Source of the DNA: Tubiluchus corallicola
Taxonomy: Eukaryota; Animalia; Priapulida
Direction: 5' to 3'
Assembly: GCA_030141605.1 (NCBI GenBank)
Contig: JAQGDQ010000007.1
Span: 1,475,173 to 1,539,172, forward strand
DNA: 64,000 nt
Both the position numbers and the translations under genes were made by a program. Under the pieces are notes generated by a model that was not told where the DNA came from, made no database searches, and saw only the letters and a list, made by a program, of their open reading frames with translations. Of the stretch, positions 54,561 through 64,000 are shown piece by piece. How positions within the stretch are numbered: the first letter of the stretch is position 1; each line of letters opens with the position of its first letter.

Positions 54561-56543
54561 AGAAATATTAGTTATAAATTTTAGTTTTATAGACGTTCTA
54601 AAAAAGCACATAATAGCAAAGTTCTGAAAAAATTTCACTGGATTTAATTTTTTTACTAAGTAGGAACCAAGATCAGAGGACGTTTAGTTCACTGCAAGGC
54701 GATTAGGCCTAGAAAGCAGAATAAAACAAGATATAGTGCAGCACCCACATTTTGGTAACTTTTTAAAAAACTGTGCACTAACGACTGTATAATGACACTA
54801 CGAAAAGTTCTACCTAACGGTGGTAGTTTTCGCGATTTTTCATTTTTGTGACTATTCAACTCACAATTTTATAGAAAAAACAAACTAAGACAGTGGCATC
54901 GTCAAGAAAAGTAATGGGTAGCTTTTAAATTCTAATGCGAAATTAAAGCTCGTATATAATCCTCTGTACCGACCGGTAACCCTTGACCCGTAACCCGTAA
55001 ACCAACTTGGCTTCCCTAATACATCGTAACTGCAGAGAATGTAATATCCGCGAGAGAAGGATAGTAACAAGAGGCAGCAATCTCCAGGTGTATGGATGAT
55101 TGTATGTGTGTATGTGTATAGTAGGCAACAATGTGGATTGCTCAATGTGGATTGCTGAACAAGCTAATATTTTCGACCAGCAGAAGTTAGACTCGAAGGA
55201 CTTTCTATGAAGAATACTCGTAATTATGATACAACGTACCCGCGACTCCGAAATCATAGCGACTGCTTCATATTTTCTTTACGTTTAACCAAAATTTATT
55301 CCGCTATTAAGCAATAATTTTGAAATTCATAATATAAATAATAATTACCCCAAAATTAATTAAACTCATGGCGCGAAGACAATTTTAAACTAACCTAGCT
55401 AATAATTATTCTGGCTTGAGCAAGCTAACACTTGAAAATATTGAATTGGTTAGTTAACTGTTAGAACTGAATATTATCACATAGGCATGTACAGTTAAGT
55501 GCCATGGAACTGAACTTGTATTCCAAAGATTCTTGGTGCAAATCTGGGCTCACTTTCTTCTCATCCATCTCCTCATCCATGCTCAATTTGGTTTCAAAAA
55601 CTAAAATACTGGCGAGCTTATTTCGTTATTAACTAATAACCTTGAAATTAGATTATATTATTCATAATTACTTGCGATCATGACAACCAAACAATCATAG
55701 AATTGCACAGCTAATTTCCTTACTTCCTGTAACACTTAAAAAAACAAAAATAATGGGTATTATAATTACTATATGAGCACTTTATTAAACCTTTTTATAA
55801 AACAATGTAATTGTTAATTCATTAAACAAATCTTCAATCAAATTATTAAAGAACTCTCAAATACACTATTCATAACAAGCACAAAAATGACAACAGTGTT
55901 GTTCCAACGAAAATTAGTTGTCCTTATTCCTTATCTCATTTTATTTTAGTTTTAATTAAGATTTAAATTATTCAGTTAATATTACATAAAATAAAACAGT
56001 AAAAAGAAATACATTACAATAACAGAAATATGTATACATATATATATATAAGATATATATATGTATATAACAAAGATAAAGCCCTTTGTAAGCGAACAGA
56101 CCATCCACAGAGTAACATGGCACCTGCATGGGTGGTTTCGCTTAAACTCGATTCATTTTTCAATTCGACCATTTCTTTGGCCTCCTAAGCATCTAAGTTA
56201 TGTGCAGTTGACTATGCATAAGAAATGAAAAAACAGTCAGAGAAGATTTTTTCATGTGAACTACGAGTGTAGTTTTAGTAGTCAAAATAAAATTATTACG
56301 TCTCAGTGTGGACGGGAAATTGCGAGGTACAATTATAATTTTTTAAAGCACTTTAGTCTAGCTATACTCGCAAAAAATGTTATAAAACATAGTAAATATT
56401 TCCATCACATGTATGCCTTAATGTAATCCTTAAAAAGTTTTTTTCAAAAATTTGAACTTTTTAGTTCAAAAATTTATCATTACAAATGTCAAATAAATGT
56501 CGCAATGTGTTATATATACAACCCGCAGTGCTTAACCTGCAGT

Positions 56544-59500
56544 TTAACTTGATTTCTTCGTCCGGAGCAAAAGTATAATGAATCCGATTAATCTGTATCC
56601 AGCTATTAGCACAAACAGTAGGCCGATATTCATGTACATGTTGTCCTGAAAAAAAGAGTGTATTAGTACAGTGTACAAACTGGTATAAAATGACAAAACT
56701 ACACACTTTGAACGTCGGCGCTTACAACAGATGTGTATTTAGTAAGTTAATTTTACATGACTCAAAATACAATAATAATGCGCAATAAGAAACCGAAAGC
56801 ACACGAGTTATATAATTACTGTCCATACCGCATTAAAACTAAACTGATGCAGCACGTCCGTCCCATTGTTTAAACAAGTTGCCGTCATGTTCCTAGGGCA
56901 TGCTATAACAAAAGTATATGGTAATACAGCGTATACAAAACTACTCACATAAATAAGAACAGTGATGACACCAAATAATGATGACGCTTTAAACACCTGC
57001 GTCTAGTGGCCTTATTATTTAAAACTACTTGAATGAAAAACTAAAGGATCTAAGCCAGTTATTAATGCCAATGATGTACATTGTCGCACCCTTGGCAAAT
57101 GTATTGTTTAGACGGGATACTTATGGCGCACAGTTTCAAAGTGTATAATGTATCCGTCTTTAGAAGTGTCAAAAACTAATTTAAGACAAAAATTTGAATG
57201 AGTTGTCCAGCTGCTGCCTACCAATTTCTGTTACGTCTCTCCATTGGTTGATGTTTAGAGCCTCGTTTCCATACTTGAACCAGCTGAGGTATTCAAGCCA
57301 TATAAAATACACAGGAATTGACCTGCAATAAAAATCAACTTGCTTTCCAAAAAATTAATGTAATTTGCTTTACAGCCGATATGATGTGTTTTTAGATTCG
57401 ATGCCTTTTTGTAAGCATCTCTACACAAAACGTCATTCAGTGGCTGAGGTTAATTAACGCAAACAGTTGTGGCAGGATGAAACCTACCTCATTATCAAAT
57501 TGGCAGGTATTTGGCACAGATGCTAAACACGCGCAGAGGAATCTCAACCATCTTTATATGTGCACATATTCTTGCTAACGTATTATTAACAAGATAAATA
57601 GCTGGGATGTAGGAAAGTAAAACATCCAGGACTTATCCTGGCGGTAATGATGCATTTACTGACCAGTTTCTTATCTTCAGCTACAAAACACACAATCATT
57701 GTAAACTACTTGGCCATTTTACCCTCATATTGAGTTCCTTGCGCATCGGGATTAAAAAAGATTCTTAAAAAAGTAAAATGCAAATTAGACAACCATCTCA
57801 GTAAACTTCATAAAAAAACTTGATGCACTTACTCAACATTCAAGTACAAACCACCAAACAACATCATTGGCATGAGAACAGGTGAAGCAGCCGCCATTAT
57901 CAGTTCACTGTTGGCCGAGAAACAAGACAACATATAACCTGTAAGTAAAAATATGTTTGTACGTACTAATAATGGGAAGAGCCCTTACTTCAGTGTTTTC
58001 TTGTTGTCTTTTAATGCTTCTGCATTTTTTCCAAATAAATGTTTTTAGCGTGTGTGGTTTTAAACAGTTTTCGTATCTTGTTTTCTAAATCCCATTCTCC
58101 ATTCCGCTTTGTTGAATTTATTTAGGTGCTTAGTAGCTTCACATCACTTTGAAAACGTCAGGAATACGGATTCAAAAAAATTAACAATAATCAAGAAATT
58201 ATTTTGGTACGTACACTTGTGGATGACAAGTGTTGCTTAAATTCTGAGGTGGTAATCTTGCAAGGTGGTAACCAAGTTGAATTGAATAACCAATAGCTTT
58301 TAAACTCCAAGATAATTGAAAAATCTCAAATCGCATAGCACTACCCACTAAGAGTTACTAACTAAGTAATCAACTAACTAAATAACTAAGCAATTAACTC
58401 ATTAACTAAAACACTAACTAACCAACCAACCATCCAGCCAACCAACCAAACAACCAACCCATTCTCTAACAATAGTTTATCGGCTTGAATATGTGGGATT
58501 TGCATGAGTGAAAAACGAACAACTGAGGTACTCGTTCAGGAACCGTAGGTATTTGTACGTAATAACATCAAAAAAGTTTCTATCCGTTTGTCAGCCTGAC
58601 TGGCTGGCTGGCTGTTGGCTGTCTAACTTGCCGGTGAGCGAACATGAATTGCTTAATCTCATGCTATCAATGAAGTCAAAACATTCTTATTCTCTTTTAA
58701 ACTTACCGAAAGACGCTGCAGAATTTGCTATTAAAACAAGAATTCCTGCACAGATAAAGAAATGAGAAGCAGACGGATACAAACCTGGAAACAGATACAG
58801 AAACCTATTAAAAGTGCAAACAAGAATTTTTTGTTTGGTACTTCAACAAGCCAAAATTTCAACTAGAAAAATGCGTGTCACAGAAACAATTGATTTCAAC
58901 AGCATTACCATAAACAAAGACGTCCATGTTTATTTTAAAACTTTCACACTATTGCCGGTGCAAAGGAGTTCGCTACTCCCGACATTATTTAATAAAAAAG
59001 ATCCATTAGCGACTAAACAAAAAAGTTACAAGCATGCAAAACCTGTAGCCAGGTGTTCAGATAGAATAAAACCCTGAGTATTGTTTTGCTGCTGTTGGTT
59101 AAATGTAAGTCTTATATACAATTTAGCATTCCGTAAGTTGGAATCTTCAATTAGAGAATGTTCGGTTGTGTTCATTATGTACGTAATTTCTACTGCGGAA
59201 TGACAACGATCTGTTCATATTCAAGGATGCCCCTTCAAGCTTAGCGCAGCTCTTAACTTCAGTCGTTAAGCACGACATAGTGAACAGTCGTCTATGCAAC
59301 TCCTCTCGATATAAGAAAAACCTTTCTATTAACAATAACCTGGGTGTAAAAGAAATTTTCAGATACTTACCCACCATAAAATAATCAATGGAAGCAAATA
59401 ACACAGGAAGGATAACGAAAAATGGTAACTGAAAAAAACATATTCGAAGATATGAGTTAAAAACGTCGTTCAAGACAGTGATTAAAAAATTGAAGCGGTT

Positions 59501-62500
59501 GGCATAAACGTATTGTTGTAACAAAATTTTCAACAAACTAAAAACAAGCTGCATGCTACACGAAAGGCTGATTGATAACAAAAACAGTTATTACCAAAAA
59601 AATACAAAAATTTTAATAATTACCTCTGCAATCATTTTGCTAAGAAAATAAGCGTCAATCCTGTAGCAGCCATTATAATGTTCTCTCATGAATATAACGC
59701 TTTCTTCACAAAATACCTAGAAATACAAGTTTACAGACATTTGAAAATGGCAAACAAGAAAACAGTACCAAAGCACCCAAACTGAACATTAGCTCTAGTT
59801 CGAAAAATTAAAGAAGTGTGCATAATCTCACTTAGAAGTGTTCACATGTATAAGCTCACTTATAGGCTGGCTCTGTACGATGTCAACTGTATATTCGAGG
59901 CAGCCACTATTTGTCGCAAAATGCTCAAACGTTAAACGTAAACACTTGTAAAGCAGATCAGCTACTTCGGTGCCGTACACATTTGACCAATGGCGCTTCT
60001 GGTTTACCATTATACATCGTAGTCGCAAGGCGCACCAGGTACGCTTGCCACTTTAATGTTACAATTATCAATCAAAAATGGTCTGAGTTACAAAAACCAT
60101 GCAATAGAAGTCTTATGCCATTGTTGTCCAGCAAATTTTAGGTCTTGCCATTTTAATCAATCAGAAAAAATATTTTTTGTTTTTCAACACCAATTAATAA
60201 AATGTCGCTGCTTGTCGTCTTGTTTGGTGTATATCAGTTTGTCACTTTACATGGTCAATTAATGTTTTATGATATGCATTATGTACGGTACCAATGTTTG
60301 CTTACTCAAGATAATGACAGAATATAGAGAAAATTGTATTAACTGCATTGATTGCCTTGTATGACCAAAGTTTGACCAAATTAGTTACAATCTTTGAAAT
60401 TCTTGATAGGAAATTCATTGACAATAGCTCACAATGTTTCTCACAATGAATGCATGTGATCGTAACAACTGAATGTTTGTTTGCACGCTTTAAATAATGA
60501 AGCAAATGGATATTTAGAATATTTATATTTAGACGTACTTACATTAACGACAGAAAACAAATTCTGGAATGTCATGTTTGTGATGAAAAGAAACAGGACA
60601 CCAGTAATATTTTGAATGGCTGCTTGTGTTAGTTCCTGTTGGAGGTAGACAATTCCGAGAACTATACCAATAACCTATTGAAAAAAAACGCTAAAGTGCT
60701 CTTGACACCAAGTGCAATTTTCGTGGTCACACTTTTGTGCCATGCAATGATTGGTGTAAGTTCCAATTCAAATTTACTAATCCTTTAACCTATGAAAACA
60801 TATTAAATATATTTATAACATTCGTTTTCATAACATTCATACTTACTATAGTTTGGAAAGTTCTCACTTTTATAGTCATCGGATCTCGCACCACACTAAG
60901 GAATGACCTCTGTGTTAGCGTAGTGAGCTGCGTTATCCAACTTGCCTTGTATCTAAACAAAAGGTCGGAAACTAAGATCTGATGTAGATAATGCAAGGTC
61001 ATGTAGAAAAATGCTCATAAATCAAAATCAAAAGCTAAATATGGAATTACTTTGCAGAAAAAGAAAGATACCTTAAAGTACACTTCAGTAATGATTTTGG
61101 CAAAAATTTAAAACAAGATAAAATACAAGCTACAAATAATTAAACAAAAGCAAATGCCACAAAAAAGAGAATAGTTATTATTATGATGATGCTGACATTG
61201 ATCATTGTAAAGACAAAAATGAAACTACAGCTACAAAATGGCTTATTTATCAAAAAAACGATGTATTTTGCCTATAACCAAATATTAGGCAATTAGACAA
61301 AAAATGTACTTTAAGCATTCTTTTTACTTCTTAGAGATGTACAACCATAAAAAATGTAAGATATGTAACGGCAGCCAATTTACTTAACCTTTTGCAAAAC
61401 AGTAAAATTTATTTTAATAGAAAAATATATTAATGACACTACTCACGGGGAACGATGAGCCAGTAATTCGCTAAACTGTAAAAAGTCAATATAATAAATG
61501 ATAAGTCTTTCAAATTTTAATCAAATTTTTCTGTTCACATTTTACCATAGCCTACCATTAAAATTTAATAAAATAAAGTTCAATACATTATGCATCACAT
61601 TTTTTTATTATTCGTTTAAAGTGTGTAGGTCTATTCTACCTCGTAGTTGAAAACTTGGTAATAAAATACTGATGAAGTCAAAACAGGTGCCTTCAAAGTC
61701 AAACTTACGTCAGTATAGTCGTCCGTTATCACGTGTTTGGCTACTTCTCCTTGTGAAAAATTTTCAAATGTATCGCAAATTTTCTGAAAACATACAATAA
61801 TTAGGATGCAAAAATTATTATAAAATACAAAAATATACTAAGTCCATGTTTAGATGTGTTGGGCATGTAGTGTTGTTAAGAAGTACCTCCACTTTTTCTT
61901 TGCATTGGATCTCCTTTCCTGGAATTACAGCTAAACTGTGCACATAATAATCAGCAGGATTAAACTTTGGTGGACACCTGTAGTTTAACCTCCCGAAAAA
62001 CATATGAAGATTTTTTGTTGAACCCAAATAAGCCACTCTGCCTTCTGCCATCAACAGAAGCCTATAAACATATAAATTAAGCGGCTGATTTTGATAAATG
62101 TTAAAAATTGCAAGTGTAATTATAAATTAATTATAATTGCTGAATATACTTGCTTTTAAAAAAAATTACTAATAATAATTCTCCGATCTAGAGCCACTGA
62201 CTCAAAATTTGTCATTGCTAGCATGGCATAATGTGCAACATCCATACTGATAATGTGCTCTATTGTATTCTTTTTTTGCATTAGTTTGACGCATTTTTCT
62301 AATTTAGAGCGGACATAGTGCAGACATGTTCTTCTTTATTTGTTTTATAGTAGATCATTTTTAAAATGTAATGTTAACTTTTTAATTGTCTTTTATTTGC
62401 TATGCACCTTTTCATGAATGAAATATACTTATGGTTGATTGCTGACTCGTTTTACTCATCTTTACTTCGTCTGGATCTGTAATTTGGTTTTAACGTTGCG

Positions 62501-63775
62501 TAACTATGACTCTTTTCGATTTTGGATGCACTGCATGCGCGATCAGATGGTCTCGAAGCACTGAAGCAGTGCTACAGAAAGGCTCTAAAATGGTCTAGAG
62601 ACGGTTTGTGAGTCAAATAACGGAAAATTAAAAGACTTGCAAATAAACTTTCAGAATCAACTTGCTATACCAGTCTTATAATTTACTATTAAATCACTAC
62701 AGACTGAAACAGTATGTAGTATACATAGAAATGAAGTGGACAGCATACCAGTCGAACATAGCATACACCTCAGATGAAGGCTGGTGAATGGTGCACAGTA
62801 TTGTTCGGCCTTTACTTGCCAATTCTTTCAACGACATTACAATATTTTGAGCCATAAAAGAATCTAGACCAGATGTTGGTTCATCACAAAACAGCAGCTT
62901 TGGACTTGTTAACATCTAAGAAAAATAAATGTGTTTTAGATATCACGCTTGTTTAGTGTACATTTCAAGATAGACAATTTTCGTTTCACCTGTGACGCAT
63001 ATTCGCGATCCTGAACCGGAAAAGTGGAAATTAAAATAAATGTAGTGAGACTCCTAATTATAATAGTATATTTGTATTATTATAGTAATTTAAGGTTCTT
63101 GGTCGACTTTGTCACATTTTGGGACAGCTACCTAACTATTTTAACCAAAATGAACCAGTCGCCTCGCGCCTCGCCTCGCCTCGCCTCGCCTCGCCTAGCA
63201 AACTGAGGGGTATTTAAAAAACTTGTAAACATTCTACTCGCCTCGGACACTAAAGAGGTATTTTAAAATGTCCGAAGCAAGTTGGGATGTGGAACGAATT
63301 TTGATAAAATACCCCTTTAGTGTTGTCCCTTCCTTAATTTAATGCGACCCATGCGTTCCACCCTCTCTGCCCCCTCACACTCCCCACCCCCGCGTGAAAT
63401 TGGCTAGTGGCTACTAATGAATCATTTGTGCTAAGGGTCTCACGCAATAGGTATGAAAAACGCACAACCTATTTACGATCCGGTCTGCTTAGAGCATTTA
63501 CTTGGTGAACTTTGACATGGTTTGTTATGAATTTATTTTAATTTTCATAATTTAAATTGCCAGTATCGATATTCGCAGATTTTGTTGCTGATGTTATTAT
63601 TAGCTTAAACGTCCTTGTTTGTTTAAAAATGGATTTAAATTTTCCAAAACACATGAAAATTAGACAACTAGCCTACCTCTGATGCAAATGCAAGACGCTT
63701 TCTTTCTCCACCCGAAATACCTTTCAGTCTGCCAGGAATGCCTATCAGCGTGTTCTGGCATTTTCTCAAACCCAG
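56544..63775 (-). CDS. White-like ABCG half-transporter, copy D (partial: exons 6-19; 5' exons lie beyond the window)
   Basis: Approximate exons: 63677-63775 ([33 protein letters not shown]), 62749-62915 ([14 protein letters not shown]...TIHQP), 61887-62061, 61709-61783, 61447-61475, 60847-60952, 60543-60674, 59624-59716, 59371-59428, 58707-58784, 57833-57938, 57222-57322, 56829-56902, 56544-56645 (ends RTKKSS*). All introns are GT-AG. Confidence 0.88.
58355..58460. repeat. Degenerate (AACT)n/(AACC)n tetranucleotide repeat
   Basis: Directly visible in intron 15 of D. Confidence 0.8.
63205..63317. repeat. Imperfect inverted repeat (hairpin/MITE-like) in intron 6 of copy D
   Basis: gaggggtattt...ctcgcctcggaca pairs with tgtccgaagcaag...aaatacccctt. 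Arms are ~45 nt with a ~19-nt loop. It is preceded by (GCCTC)n at ~63160-63195. Confidence 0.6.
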
Positions 63776-64000
63776 CTAAATTTACAAGCACATACGCAGA
63801 TTAAACAAATGCACAAGTGTGAAGAAGACAAACAATACAATAATTTGGAAAAGATCTTTTGTGAAAATATCTCACGTTTATAAATGAAGCGAGAGTTGAT
63901 TGACTGACATCACGAGCTCATGCTTGACGACCGTAATTAAAGCTGGTCAGGAAATGGATGGGCGCGGATTGGCGAATCGCTTTGATTCTCGTTCTGGGCG

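Noticed and set aside
5488-63775. Assigning the gene symbol white/w, scarlet or ABCG2
   Set aside because: The motifs are white-like, but orthology among lineage-specific paralogs cannot be set without a phylogeny.

Overview
This is AT-rich, intron-rich animal genomic DNA, not prokaryotic. The window holds a minus-strand tandem cluster of white-like ABCG half-transporter genes, reconstructed by hand from splice sites. There are three complete 19-exon copies: A (5488-21812), B (28179-38760) and C (41161-50834). There is also the 3' part of a fourth copy D (56544 to beyond the window end), a collapsed pseudogene E (exons 1 and 12 only, about 53.0-53.9 kb) and an orphan dead terminal exon (22816-22917). 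B and C come from a recent 12-13 kb tandem duplication whose breakpoint lies inside a small inverted-repeat element. The most striking signal is in B: the 3' half of exon 12, which encodes the predicted substrate-binding helix TM2, has been replaced in frame by sequence matching pseudogene E. The old half-exon is stranded downstream with a mutated splice donor, and B carries further derived substitutions in its membrane domain. Intron 13 of A holds a composite LINE relic. Microsatellites, short tandem repeats and MITE-like hairpins fill the rest. Exon boundaries and alignments were read by eye and may be off by a few bases; no database searches were run.
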